From: a bacterium
GTDB lineage: Bacteria > Verrucomicrobiota > Verrucomicrobiia > Limisphaerales > JAJXZI01
Reading direction: 5' to 3'
Length of the DNA: 63,817 bases
NCBI GenBank assembly: GCA_021780115.1
Contig: JAJXZI010000174.1
Coordinates: forward strand, 1 to 63,817
Positions 21,419 through 31,716 of this stretch are shown piece by piece. Each line of letters opens with the position of its first letter. Position 1 is the first letter of the stretch. Below the pieces are notes generated by a model. The model made no database searches, was not told where the DNA came from, and saw nothing but the letters and a program-made list of their open reading frames with translations. A program made the translations under genes and the position numbers.

Positions 21419-21469
21419 ATTCCGGAGGACAGTTGACGCGCGCTGTGTTTCCTTCGACTCTGCAGCGCG

Positions 21470-22459
21470 ATGAACCACGTCGAGCGTTTCCGGGCGGTCA
21501 TGGCCTTCCAGCCCGTGGACCGCTGGCCGCGCTGGGAATGGGCCATGTGGTGGGACCAGACCATCGACCGCTGGCACGGCGAGGGCCTGCCGCCGGAGTT
21601 GAAGTTCCACCAGGTCTTCGAGATCGCGCAGCACTTCGGCCTCGACCCGTACCAGCAATTCTGGTTCAGCACCACCGACCCAACCATCGAGGCCACGCAG
21701 CATCACGTCGAAGGCATCGTGGCCAACATGGACGATTACCTCCGCCTCCGGCCGCAGTTGTTTCCGGACCACGGGCCGGCCATCGAGGCGATGCGTCCGT
21801 GGGCGGCGCGGCAGCAGCGCGGCGCGGCGGTGGTGTGGTGTACCTTTGAGGGCTTTTTCTGGTTTGCGCGCACGCTGATGGGCTTCAACCAGCTCATGCT
21901 GGCGTTTTACGACCAGCCGGAACTCATCCACCGGATCAACCAGGATCTACTGGACTTCAACGTGCGCTTGCTGGCGCACCTCTCCCGCGCTTGCGTGCCG
22001 ACATTCCTGACCCTCGCCGAGGACATGTCTTACAACCACGGGCCGATGATCTCGAAGAAGGTCTTCGACGGATTCGTCGCGCCGTACTATCGGCAGTTGG
22101 TCCCGCGGCTGTCGGAACTGGACATCCTGCCCTTCGTGGATACCGATGGCGACGTGACACTGCTGGTACCGTGGCTGGAGGAAGCGGGCGTCGCCGGCGT
22201 CCTCCCCCTGGAGCGGCAGGCGGGCGTGGACGGAGCGACACTGCGCCAGCGATTCCCGAAGGTCCGCCTGGTCGGCCATTTCGACAAGATGACCATGAAC
22301 CAAGGCGAGGCCGCGATGCGCCGCGAGTTCGAGCGCCTCGTGCCGCTGATGCGGAGCGGCGGCTTCATCCCCAGTGTGGACCACCAAACGCCGCCGGGGG
22401 TCTCGCTCGATCAATACCGCTGTTATCTCCGCCTGCTGAAAGAGTACACGGAGCCGTAA
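21470..22459 (+). CDS. Uroporphyrinogen decarboxylase / MtaA-CmuA family protein
   Basis: GFFWFARTLMG, AEDMSYNHGPMIS, VDTDGDV, PLERQAG, GGFIPSVDHQTPP. Confidence 0.8.
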   Translation: MNHVERFRAVMAFQPVDRWPRWEWAMWWDQTIDRWHGEGLPPELKFHQVFEIAQHFGLDPYQQFWFSTTDPTIEATQHHVEGIVANMDDYLRLRPQLFPDHGPAIEAMRPWAARQQRGAAVVWCTFEGFFWFARTLMGFNQLMLAFYDQPELIHRINQDLLDFNVRLLAHLSRACVPTFLTLAEDMSYNHGPMISKKVFDGFVAPYYRQLVPRLSELDILPFVDTDGDVTLLVPWLEEAGVAGVLPLERQAGVDGATLRQRFPKVRLVGHFDKMTMNQGEAAMRREFERLVPLMRSGGFIPSVDHQTPPGVSLDQYRCYLRLLKEYTEP

Positions 22460-22460
22460 C

Positions 22461-24917
22461 ATGAACCAATTCCTCATCCGGCTCATCCTCGCTGGGATCC
22501 TCGTCGGAGCGCGCGGCGGCGGCGCGGTTGAGACATCGTCCGCCTGGCCGGCCATTACCCTCGCCTCGCCCGGAGGCGTCACGTTGGCCGGGCCGTGGGG
22601 GGAAGCGCTGGAACGCGGCGTGGGGCGCTTGGCCCAGACGCCGTATTCGACCGACTGGCTGCTCGCCGACGTGTCGTTTCAAATCAGCCGCATCTTTACC
22701 AACTACAGCGGCGACGTCTCCGGCCGATTCCTGGAACTGGCCGTCCTGACCAGTCCGCGGGGAAGACTTTCGCCGGCGACGCTGCCGGTCGTGGTTGAAT
22801 CCATTACGCGCTACCAGAAACCCGACGGGCATTTCGGCGTGGACATCGACCTGAACCAACCGCTCAGGCGCAACGCGCCGCCGATCCCGATGCTTTGGGG
22901 CAACGCGCGCCTGCTCGTCGGGTTGGTCACCGCCGCGCGCGAGTTGTCCGATCCCCGGCTGCTGGCCGCGGCCCGGCGGCTGGGCGATTTCTACGTGAAC
23001 ACCGCGGACCAGCTTTGTGCGCCCGAGCGTGAAGCCGAATACCGCGCCAGCGGCAGCGGCGGCGACGGCTACACCTGCTGTTACTTTCCAGCGATGGAGG
23101 GACTGACCCTGCTCTACCGCGCGACGAAGGACGAGCGTTACCTGCGCCAAGCGCGGCGCATGGCGGAATGGTTCCGGAAATTCGACGCCCTGCCCATTGA
23201 CCACAGCCACGGCAACCTGTGCGCTTGGCGTGGCATCTTGGAACTCTACGGAGTCACCGGTGAGCGCGCGTACCTCGACCGGGCCCGTGCCAAGTGGGAC
23301 GCCGCGGTGCGGGGCGGATTCGTCTGGCCGCTCGGCGGAGTCGGGGAACACTGGTACGTCTCTTACACGGGCGATGAAGGCTGCAGTGAATCGGATTGGC
23401 TGCGCTGCAACCTTGATCTGTGGCGCTGGACCGGCACCGCGCGCTACCTTGACATGGCGGAGCGCCTGCTCGAAAACCAATACGCCGCCAACCAATGCTC
23501 CAACGGCGGCTACGGCTGGCGTCCGCTGGAGAGCGAAGCGGCCGGTCCCGTCGCCACGCGCGGCACGGTGGACGAATGGAATTTCTGCTGCAATTTCCAC
23601 GGGCCGCTGGGGCTGCACTGCCTCAAGGCCTACCTCGCCGCCGGTTCCGAAGGCGCCCTCTACGTGAACTTCCCCGCCAGTTTCACCGCGCCGGTCCCGG
23701 CGGGCGGCACGGAATGGCGCGTGATGGCGAAGACAGATTCCGACTTCGCGGCCGGGCAGACGAGGATGGAAATCGAAGTCGCCCCGCGCGAATCCGCCGC
23801 CGCGCGTCCGGTCACGGTTTGGCTGCGCGTGCCGGCGTGGGCGGGCCGGGTGGAGGTCGCCGGCGCGGACGCCGCGCCGCGCGCCGCGGAAAACGGTTAC
23901 TGGGCGCTGAAGCGGGAATGTCGGGCGCGCGCGAAATTCGTCGTCACTTTCCGCGCGGCGCTCGCCGTCGAAGGGCGGCGCTTTCAACCCCTCCGACCGG
24001 AGGCCGGGAAGATTTCCCGCCTGAGCGACGTGTCGCTGGTGCTGGGGCCAAAGCTGCTCTTTGCGTTGGCGCCGGGTCCGGGCCGGGCGAATCTGCTCGC
24101 GACGGTGGACGCCTCCGGCGGACTGCACTTGCTGCGCGACACCGCCGGCAACCTGGCGAGCGTGAATCTGCCCGGCCTGGACGCTGCGGAACCCCAGATC
24201 CTCGCGGCGCTGGAATCGGCCCGGCCCGTGGCGTTGCAACCCTGGTCGGCCTCGATGCGCCAACGCGCCGCCTTCGTCCACAACTTGGTGGTCGTGCCGG
24301 CGGACTTCATTCCCGCCGCGGCCCGTGCTCGCTTCGCCGAGCGGGCGCACGCCGCCACGCTCTTGCCGAACGGGCCATTCTATGGCACGCACCTCGAAAC
24401 CCAGCCAGATCGGTGGCCGGGCGCGAACGGCTGGCAGTTCACGACCAACGGGCTGTGGGTCGCCGGCGGCGACGTCGGCCTGCTCGAGGGCGAAGGCTAC
24501 ACCGATTACCGCTTTGAGTTTGACCTGCAACTGCCGAAGGACGGCGGCGGGATCGCCGGCTGGGTCGTGCGCGCCGCGGGTCCGGGCGACTTGGTGATGT
24601 TCCAATTGCAGAGCGCGGACGCGCCGTACCAGGCGCCGGAATTCAAGACCCGGCCCAACACGCTCCGGCCCCATGTGCGGCGCGGTGGCGCGTGGACCAT
24701 CGCCGAACCGGTACCGTTACCGAAGGAAATCCGCCGCGGCGAGACGCACCACGTCGCCGTCGAGTGCCGCGCCGACCGCGTCGAGGTCTTCCTGGATGGC
24801 GCGCGGATTTGCGCGCAAAGCGATTCCGGCCTGCGGACAGGCACGGTCGGTTTCCGCGCGGCCGGCCCGGCCGAAGCGGGGCTTTACCGCAACGTCACTT
24901 TGCGACGGCTTCCTTGA
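22461..24917 (+). CDS. Secreted GH127-like (beta-L-arabinofuranosidase) protein with C-terminal DUF1080 domain
   Basis: Signal peptide, GGVGEHW, EGC and FCC Zn/Cys motifs, LRVPAW; C-terminal YTDYRFEFD...HHVAVECRAD...GTVGF...YRNV. Confidence 0.78.
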   Translation: MNQFLIRLILAGILVGARGGGAVETSSAWPAITLASPGGVTLAGPWGEALERGVGRLAQTPYSTDWLLADVSFQISRIFTNYSGDVSGRFLELAVLTSPRGRLSPATLPVVVESITRYQKPDGHFGVDIDLNQPLRRNAPPIPMLWGNARLLVGLVTAARELSDPRLLAAARRLGDFYVNTADQLCAPEREAEYRASGSGGDGYTCCYFPAMEGLTLLYRATKDERYLRQARRMAEWFRKFDALPIDHSHGNLCAWRGILELYGVTGERAYLDRARAKWDAAVRGGFVWPLGGVGEHWYVSYTGDEGCSESDWLRCNLDLWRWTGTARYLDMAERLLENQYAANQCSNGGYGWRPLESEAAGPVATRGTVDEWNFCCNFHGPLGLHCLKAYLAAGSEGALYVNFPASFTAPVPAGGTEWRVMAKTDSDFAAGQTRMEIEVAPRESAAARPVTVWLRVPAWAGRVEVAGADAAPRAAENGYWALKRECRARAKFVVTFRAALAVEGRRFQPLRPEAGKISRLSDVSLVLGPKLLFALAPGPGRANLLATVDASGGLHLLRDTAGNLASVNLPGLDAAEPQILAALESARPVALQPWSASMRQRAAFVHNLVVVPADFIPAAARARFAERAHAATLLPNGPFYGTHLETQPDRWPGANGWQFTTNGLWVAGGDVGLLEGEGYTDYRFEFDLQLPKDGGGIAGWVVRAAGPGDLVMFQLQSADAPYQAPEFKTRPNTLRPHVRRGGAWTIAEPVPLPKEIRRGETHHVAVECRADRVEVFLDGARICAQSDSGLRTGTVGFRAAGPAEAGLYRNVTLRRLP

Positions 24918-25034
24918 GGCCGGAACGGGACTGGATCGTCGGCCGGGACCGCCGGAAAGTTGTTCCGCTTCGCCCGTCCTCGCACTAGACTGCGAACGAA
25001 GCGCTCATCATCCCGGCGCATTTACGATTCACCT

Positions 25035-27053
25035 ATGCGACACGCACAACTGGTTCTTGCGAGCTTGCTCTCCGTCGGCTGGGGCTGGTGCGGGCTGCTG
25101 CCCGCGAAGGAATTCACCTTCTACGTTTCCCCCTCCGGAAAGGACGTTTGGTCCGGGCGGCTGTCCCGTCCGACATCCAGTGGACAAGACGGCCCGTTCG
25201 CCTCGGTGTCCGCCGCGATCGAGGCGGCGCGCGCCGCACACCGGAGTGCCGGGGCTGACACGGAGGTGAAAATTCTCCTGCGCGGCGGCACGTACGAGCT
25301 GGCCGCCCCGCTCGTCCTGACGCCCGAGGACTCGGGCCTGACGCTCGCCGCGTACCGCCGCGAAAAGCCGCTCCTCAGTGGCGGCCGGCAGATCACGGGC
25401 TGGCGGCCGGTGACGGGCAAGACCGGCTGGTGGCAGGCCGAAGTGCCGGCCGTGCGCCAGGGCCAATGGTATTTCCGTTCGCTCTTCGTCAACGGGCGGC
25501 GGGCGCAGCGGGCGCGGACCCCGAACGCGGGCTTCTTCCGCATCCAGGGCGCCAGTCCGCAGGGCCACCCGGCGCAGTTCCACTTCCAGCCCGGCGACCT
25601 CAAGAAAGCATGGGCCGCGGCGGGCGACGTGGAAGTGATCGCGCTGCTGGCGTGGGCCGATTTCCGCCTGTTCCTCCGCGACGTGGACGAGGCCCATCAT
25701 GTCGCCACCCTGTCCGCGGACGCCCGGCCCTCCAACCGCGAGAGCGACGCCCGCTATTTCATCGAGAACACCCCCGACGCGCTCGATGCGCCGGGCGAAT
25801 GGTATCTGGACCGCCAGAGCGGCGTGGTGACTTACATCGCGCGGCCGGAGGAGGATCTGGCCAAGGCCGAGGTGATCGCGCCGCGCTTGGAAGACTTGCT
25901 GGAATTCAGGGGCGATTTCGCCGGAAAGAAGCCGGTGCAGCACGTGGTCCTCCGTGGGCTGGCGTTCAGCTACACCGATTGGACGATGCCCGCCGACGGC
26001 TACGCCGACACGCAAGCGGCCGTCGCGATCCGCGGCGACGTGCGCGGCGAAGGCGCGACCGATTGCGCCATCGAAGGCTGCACCTTCACCAAGCTGGCCG
26101 GCTATGCCGTCGAACTCGGCCGCGGCTGCCAGCGCGACAAGATCGTCGGCTGCCAGATGTCCGACCTCGGCGCGGGCGGCGTGCGCATCGGCGAGCCAGG
26201 CCAGCGCGCGGATCCGTTCGAGCAGAACCACAGCCATGCGGTCACCGACAACCACATCCACCACGTCGGGGTCGTCTATCCGCCGGCGGTCGGCGTGTTC
26301 ATTTTGCAGAGCGGCACCAACGTCGTGGCGCACAATGAAATTGACCACCTGTTCTACACCGCTGTTTCCGTCGGCTGGAACTGGGGCTACCAGGAAACGC
26401 CCTGCCGCGAGAACGTCATCGAGTTCAACCACCTCCACGACATCGGCCAGGGCATGCTCAGCGACATGGGCGCGGTCTATTCGCTCGGCATCCAGAAAGG
26501 CACGGTCATCCGCAACAACCTCATCCACGACGTCGAGAGCTTCACCTACGGCGGATGGGGCCTCTACACTGACGAGGGCAGCAGCGACATCGTGTTGGAG
26601 AACAACGTCGTCTATCGCTGCAAGAGCGCCGGCTTCCACCAGCATTACGGCCGGGAAAACGTGGTGCGGAACAACATCTTCGCCTTCAACCGCGAGCACC
26701 AACTCATGCGCACCCGCGACGAGGAACACCTCTCGTTTTTCTTCACGAACAACATCGTCTATTTCAATTCCGGCGACTTGCTGGGCAGCAGTTGGAAGAA
26801 CGACCGCTACGTGATCGACAACAACGTGTACTGGGACGCGCGCCCCGGCTTCCGGCCGGAAGACCTGCGCTTCTCCGGCGCGACGCTGGCGCAATGGCGC
26901 CTGCGGGGACACGATCTCCACGCGCTCATTGCCGACCCGCTGTTCGTTGCGCCGGAGAAATTTGATTTCCGGCTCAAGCGCGGCTCGCCGGCGCCGAAGC
27001 TCGGGTTCCAGCCGATTGATCTGCAAACAGTGGGGGTGCGGAAACCAAGGTAA
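25035..27053 (+). CDS. Secreted right-handed beta-helix protein (GH141-like)
   Basis: FYVSPSGKD, DGPFAS, LRGGTY, LFVNGRRAQRARTPN, LDAPGEWYLD, LSDMGAVY, GLYTDEGSS. Confidence 0.82.
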   Translation: MRHAQLVLASLLSVGWGWCGLLPAKEFTFYVSPSGKDVWSGRLSRPTSSGQDGPFASVSAAIEAARAAHRSAGADTEVKILLRGGTYELAAPLVLTPEDSGLTLAAYRREKPLLSGGRQITGWRPVTGKTGWWQAEVPAVRQGQWYFRSLFVNGRRAQRARTPNAGFFRIQGASPQGHPAQFHFQPGDLKKAWAAAGDVEVIALLAWADFRLFLRDVDEAHHVATLSADARPSNRESDARYFIENTPDALDAPGEWYLDRQSGVVTYIARPEEDLAKAEVIAPRLEDLLEFRGDFAGKKPVQHVVLRGLAFSYTDWTMPADGYADTQAAVAIRGDVRGEGATDCAIEGCTFTKLAGYAVELGRGCQRDKIVGCQMSDLGAGGVRIGEPGQRADPFEQNHSHAVTDNHIHHVGVVYPPAVGVFILQSGTNVVAHNEIDHLFYTAVSVGWNWGYQETPCRENVIEFNHLHDIGQGMLSDMGAVYSLGIQKGTVIRNNLIHDVESFTYGGWGLYTDEGSSDIVLENNVVYRCKSAGFHQHYGRENVVRNNIFAFNREHQLMRTRDEEHLSFFFTNNIVYFNSGDLLGSSWKNDRYVIDNNVYWDARPGFRPEDLRFSGATLAQWRLRGHDLHALIADPLFVAPEKFDFRLKRGSPAPKLGFQPIDLQTVGVRKPR

Positions 27054-27114
27054 ACCGACAACCGACAACCGATGGCCCGCAATTCATCGATAGAGAGATG
27101 CTTCCGGTTGCGGT

Positions 27115-28458
27115 TCACACCTTCTCCGGCAACGTCCACGGTTTGCGCCGCTTGCGGTCGAGGTATTGGTTGGCCTCTTGGTCGTCCGGGAAGATTTCCC
27201 TCACCGGGTCCCACTTCAGCCGGCGGCCGGTCCAGCGGGCGATGTTGCCGAGATGGCAGACCGTCGCCGAGCGATGGCCGATCTCCACGTCGGCAAGCGG
27301 TTTCTCGCGGCTCCTGATGCAGTCCAGCCAGTTCTTGACGTGGTTGTCGTTGAAGCCGCGCGGCCGTTTGCTCAGCGCCTCCAGCGCGAGGTCTTCCGGG
27401 TCGGAATCGCAGTGGCCACGGGTGATGGTGACCTTGCCGTTCTCGCCAATGAACGTCGCCCCGCCCATCAGCGAACTTGTCGTGCCGGCCAGTTCCATGA
27501 CCGCGCCGTTGGGGTAGCGCATGAAGACCGTCGGCACACGGCAAATCGTGTCGCCGCGATCCTTCGGCTCGGACGCGGTGTAGGTGGGGGGATCGAACTT
27601 CGGCCCCTCGGTCCAGATTTCGACGGGGCCACTGTCGTCCATGCCCAGCGCCCATTGCACCTGATCGAAGCCGTGCGCGCCCCAGCCGGTCATCTCGCCG
27701 CCGGAGTAGGGCCGGAACGAGAGCCAGCCTGGATTCGCGCGCGGCAGGTAGAGGTCCTTGTTGTAAGGCACGAGTGGATTCGGGCCGCACCACATTTCCC
27801 AATCGAGGCCGTCGGGGACTTTTTCCCCCGGCAGGCCGTAGTTCCACGGGGTGGGATAGTTGTAGGCGATGATGCGCGTGACCTTGCCGAGGCCGCCGTC
27901 GCGGATGAGCTTACAACCGGCGACGTTGGCCCACATCGAACGCTGCTGGCTGCCGGTCTGGAGTACGCGCTGGTACTTGCGCACCGCCTCGACCATCAGT
28001 CGTCCCTCGCGGATGGTCAGGCTCATCGGCTTCTCCACGTAAAGGTCTTTGCCGGCCTGGCAGGACTGGATGACGATCGGTCCGCGCCAGTGCTCCGGCG
28101 TGGCGGTGAGGACGGCGTCAACATCCCTGCGGTCGAGCAACTGGCGAAAATCCTTCATGGCCACCGCGCCGTGTTTGGCGGCGGCGGCTTGGGCGCGATT
28201 CAAGTTCACATCCGCCACGGCGACGAACTTCGCCTGCGGCAGCCGGAGCAGAATTTCGAGATCATTGGTCGCCTGCCGGCCGATGCCGACGAAGCCGACG
28301 CCGATGCGGTCGTTGGCTCCCGGCTGGCCGTTGGCGGCCAAAACACCGGAGGGAAGAAGTTGCGGCAGGGCCGCGCCACCAGCGGCGGCGACGGCCGTGC
28401 GGCGAAGGAACTGTCGGCGGGTGAGAGCGGCGGCAAGACTCACGGTTGGTGCTTTCAT
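27115..28458 (-). CDS. Tat-exported Gfo/Idh/MocA family oxidoreductase
   Basis: TRRQFLRR Tat motif, GFVGIGRQ, ATPEHW, YVEKP, QTGSQQRS, GGEMTGWGAH. Confidence 0.92.
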   Translation of the reverse strand: MKAPTVSLAAALTRRQFLRRTAVAAAGGAALPQLLPSGVLAANGQPGANDRIGVGFVGIGRQATNDLEILLRLPQAKFVAVADVNLNRAQAAAAKHGAVAMKDFRQLLDRRDVDAVLTATPEHWRGPIVIQSCQAGKDLYVEKPMSLTIREGRLMVEAVRKYQRVLQTGSQQRSMWANVAGCKLIRDGGLGKVTRIIAYNYPTPWNYGLPGEKVPDGLDWEMWCGPNPLVPYNKDLYLPRANPGWLSFRPYSGGEMTGWGAHGFDQVQWALGMDDSGPVEIWTEGPKFDPPTYTASEPKDRGDTICRVPTVFMRYPNGAVMELAGTTSSLMGGATFIGENGKVTITRGHCDSDPEDLALEALSKRPRGFNDNHVKNWLDCIRSREKPLADVEIGHRSATVCHLGNIARWTGRRLKWDPVREIFPDDQEANQYLDRKRRKPWTLPEKV

Positions 28459-28707
28459 GTGTCGGGTTGATCGGCTGGCCGGCTGGTTGCAAGTGGGCCG
28501 GACGGCGTTTCGTTACGCGGCCCAGCTTGCGCCTTCGGACGGCGTCCCTTCAAGCGGAAACCAGCCCGCCGCCGCGGCCGGCGGCTTCCGCTATTCCTCG
28601 CCGCCTCTGCCCGTGCGCACCGGGATTGGGCTTGCCGCTTCCGGCGCTTGTTGCGAACGTGCGCCGCTGTTTCCATCAGTCCGATTGGATGCGGTCTGGT
28701 TCCAAGC

Positions 28708-30804
28708 ATGAAGCTCAGGCGGTCGATTCTCAACGCGGCGGGGGCGGTGGTGCTGGCGGCTCTGGGCGCCACGGGGCGCGCCGCCGGTGCCCCGGCCAGT
28801 GGCGGCCCCTCGGCGGGCGGCGTCCAGGCGCGCATCGAGGCCGAGGCGCAGGCGCTGGCGTGGGCCGACATCGAACGCGCGGTGAACGCGGTCTATCCGG
28901 CGCTGGTGCGCATCCAGGTTGTCGTCGAGGAGGGCGAGGAGGGGCGGATGCAAAAGCGCCGCGCCACCGGCAGCGGCACGATCATTTCGAAGGACGGCTA
29001 CATTCTCACCAATCACCACGTCGCCGGCCGGGCCACGCGCATCACGGTGCGGCTGGCCAACCGGGAGGAACTGGACGCCGAGCTGGTGGGCAGTGACGCG
29101 TTGAGCGACCTGGCGGTGCTGAAGATTGATCCGGCCGCGCGCCGTGATCCCAGTGCGCCGCTGCCGTTTGCCCGGTTCGGCGACTCGGACCGGCTCAAGA
29201 TCGGCGACCCGGTGCTGGCGATGGGCTGCCCGGCCGGCCTGTCCCAATCCGTGACCAAGGGCATCGTGGCCAACACGACGATGATCGCGCCGGGCGGCTC
29301 GGCCGGGTTGGTGCTGGACGGCGAAACGGTGGGCGAGTTGGTGCGCTGGATCGGCCACGACGCGGTGATTTACCCGGGCAACAGCGGCGGGCCGCTGGTA
29401 AATCTGGACGGCGAGATCGTGGGCGTGAACGAGATCGGCATCGGCAGCCTGGGCGGCGCCATTCCCAGCAACCTGGCCCAAAGCGTGGCCAAGGAACTCA
29501 TCGCCAAGGGCCGCGTGTGGCGGAGCTGGATCGGTCTGGAAGTGCAGCCGTTGCTCAAAAAAATGACGAACGCGCACGGCATCCTCGTGGCCGACGTGCT
29601 GCCCGACAGCCCGGCCCAGGACGCTGGCCTGAAGCCCGGCGATCTCGTTACTGTTTACGGCGGTACACGGGTGGCCGACACCCGCGCGCCGGAGGAAGTG
29701 CCGCTCTTCAACCGCTTGGTGCTGGCCACGCCCGTGGGCGTGCCGGTCACGCTCCAGGGCGTCCGCGACGGCCAGTCGATGAGCTGGCGGCTGGTGACGG
29801 TGACACGCGAGCCGAAGCGCGCCCGGGAAGTGGAGTTTAAGTCGTGGGGCCTGACGGTGCGGGATTTCACGCGGGTGTCGGCGCTGGAGAACCAGCGCAC
29901 CAATCTGACCGGCGTGCTGGTGGACACCGTGCGGCCGGGGGGACCTTGCGCCGAATGCCAACCGCCGTTGAGAAGGGATGACATCGTCACGAAGGCCGGC
30001 GGCTGGGAGATTCTCAACGTCAAGGCGATGGATGAGTTGACCCGGCAACTGACCAAAGGCGCGACGGAGCCCAGGGCGGTGTTGATCACGTTTGAACGCG
30101 ACGCGCAGGAGTTGGTGACCGTGGCGCAGATTGGGCCGGAGCCGCAGGACGAAAAGTCGGCGCGGCCTGCCAAGGCCTGGCTGGGCGTCCAGACGCAGGT
30201 GCTCACCAGCGAAGTGGCGCGGGCGCTCCAGCTCGAAGGCCGGAAAGGCGTCCGCGTGACGGAGGTGCTGCCGGATTCGCCCGCCGCGAGGGCCGGCGTG
30301 AAAGTCGGCGACGTTTTCCTGAAGCTCGACGGGCAGGTGATTGCCGCCAGCACGCCTAGCGATCAGGAATTGTTCGAGAACTTGATCCGCGCTTACAAAG
30401 TGGGCGGCGCCGCGGAACTGGAAGGGGTGCGCGCGGGCCAGCCGCTCAAGCTCACCGCCACGCTGGGGCGTCAGCCCAAGTCGAGCGTCGAACTGCCGGA
30501 ATACAAGGACGACCGGTTCGAGTTCACCGCGCGGGAGATGTCGCTCGGCGACCGGGTCGAGGAGAAAATGACCCCGGACGCGAGCGGCCTGCGCATCAGC
30601 ACCGTGCAGAACGGCGGCTGGGCGGCGCTGGCCGGGCTGAGTTCCGGCGACATCCTGCTCGCGATGGATGGCCAGCCGGTCACGACCATCGGCGCGTTCC
30701 GGGAAACGCTGCTCAAGTTCCGCGAGACCAAACCACGTCGAGTGGTCTGCTTCGTCAAGCGCGGCATCCACACCTTTTTCACTGAGATTGAACCGAAGTG
30801 GTAG
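28708..30804 (+). CDS. HtrA/DegP-like trypsin serine protease with multiple PDZ domains
   Basis: ILTNHHV (His), SDLAVLK (Asp), PGNSGGPL (Ser); repeated PDZ segments (VLPDSPA..AG.K.GD). Confidence 0.9.
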   Translation: MKLRRSILNAAGAVVLAALGATGRAAGAPASGGPSAGGVQARIEAEAQALAWADIERAVNAVYPALVRIQVVVEEGEEGRMQKRRATGSGTIISKDGYILTNHHVAGRATRITVRLANREELDAELVGSDALSDLAVLKIDPAARRDPSAPLPFARFGDSDRLKIGDPVLAMGCPAGLSQSVTKGIVANTTMIAPGGSAGLVLDGETVGELVRWIGHDAVIYPGNSGGPLVNLDGEIVGVNEIGIGSLGGAIPSNLAQSVAKELIAKGRVWRSWIGLEVQPLLKKMTNAHGILVADVLPDSPAQDAGLKPGDLVTVYGGTRVADTRAPEEVPLFNRLVLATPVGVPVTLQGVRDGQSMSWRLVTVTREPKRAREVEFKSWGLTVRDFTRVSALENQRTNLTGVLVDTVRPGGPCAECQPPLRRDDIVTKAGGWEILNVKAMDELTRQLTKGATEPRAVLITFERDAQELVTVAQIGPEPQDEKSARPAKAWLGVQTQVLTSEVARALQLEGRKGVRVTEVLPDSPAARAGVKVGDVFLKLDGQVIAASTPSDQELFENLIRAYKVGGAAELEGVRAGQPLKLTATLGRQPKSSVELPEYKDDRFEFTAREMSLGDRVEEKMTPDASGLRISTVQNGGWAALAGLSSGDILLAMDGQPVTTIGAFRETLLKFRETKPRRVVCFVKRGIHTFFTEIEPKW

Positions 30805-30837
30805 GATTCCATCTAAACCCCCGTCATCCCTGAACGC

Positions 30838-31701
30838 ATGAAACCTCGATTTCCCGCGGTCGTGCTTGGGTTCTCCCCGTTGCTGGCCGTCGCCTTGGCG
30901 GCGCACGCCGACGACCCCCTGCCCGTGGCCACGCGCAAAGTGTTCGAGCAGAACAAGGACTCCATCGTCTGGATTTCCGCCGTGGCGAAAATGAGTTTCG
31001 CCACCAGCGACTCCAAGGCGCCAATGAACATCCCGGACGAGGAGCGCAAATTCGAGGCGCTGGGCACCATCCTGGATTCCAACGGCTTGGTGGTGGCGGC
31101 GTTGAGCGGACTGGATCCCACCCGGATCCTCTCCGGCCGGGAAGTCAACACACCTTCCGGCCGGGTCCGGATCGACGCCTCGGCCACGCTGAAGGAGGCA
31201 AAAATTGTCATGCCGGACGGCACGGAAGTGCCCGCCGACGTGGTGATGAAGGACCTCGACCTCGACCTCGCCTTCCTGAAGCCCAAGCCGGACAGCCGGG
31301 AGGCCAAGGCCGTGACGTTCAAGCCGATTGACCTGAAAAAGAGCGCCCTCGGCGGTATCGCCGACGACACGGTCACGGTGATGCGGATGGATGAAATGTT
31401 CAATCGTCAGCCCGCCGTGCAGGGCGGACAGGTCGTGGCCGTGACGCAAAAGCCGCGCCCCTTCCTGCGCGTCAGCGGCACCGCCTCCGGGTGCCCGACG
31501 TTTGCGATGGACGGCCGGATCCTGGGCATCAGTGTGAACCGTTTCAGCAGGGAGAAGCCGCCCATCTCAGTCGTGCTCCCCGCCGCCGACGTGCTGGAGA
31601 TTGCCGACCAGGCCAAAGTCGCCAAGCCCATTACCGTCGAGGAACCGAAGGCCAAGCCGGCGGAACAACCGGCGGAGACGAAAGCCGGCGGGGCAAAGTG
31701 A
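30838..31701 (+). CDS. Secreted trypsin-like fold protein, probably catalytically inactive
   Basis: Signal peptide; ALGTILDSNGLVV, DLDLAFLKP, GCPTFAMDGRILGISV follow the trypsin-like layout without the catalytic His or GNSGG. Confidence 0.65.
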   Translation: MKPRFPAVVLGFSPLLAVALAAHADDPLPVATRKVFEQNKDSIVWISAVAKMSFATSDSKAPMNIPDEERKFEALGTILDSNGLVVAALSGLDPTRILSGREVNTPSGRVRIDASATLKEAKIVMPDGTEVPADVVMKDLDLDLAFLKPKPDSREAKAVTFKPIDLKKSALGGIADDTVTVMRMDEMFNRQPAVQGGQVVAVTQKPRPFLRVSGTASGCPTFAMDGRILGISVNRFSREKPPISVVLPAADVLEIADQAKVAKPITVEEPKAKPAEQPAETKAGGAK

Positions 31702-31716
31702 TTCGGCCGCCAGCCG

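Noticed and set aside
18750..31449. Long antisense ORFs (18750-21218 +, 22365-24674 -, 25029-27068 -, 28591-31449 -) and similar ones elsewhere
   Set aside because: Shadow frames of well-supported genes in high-GC DNA, with no motifs
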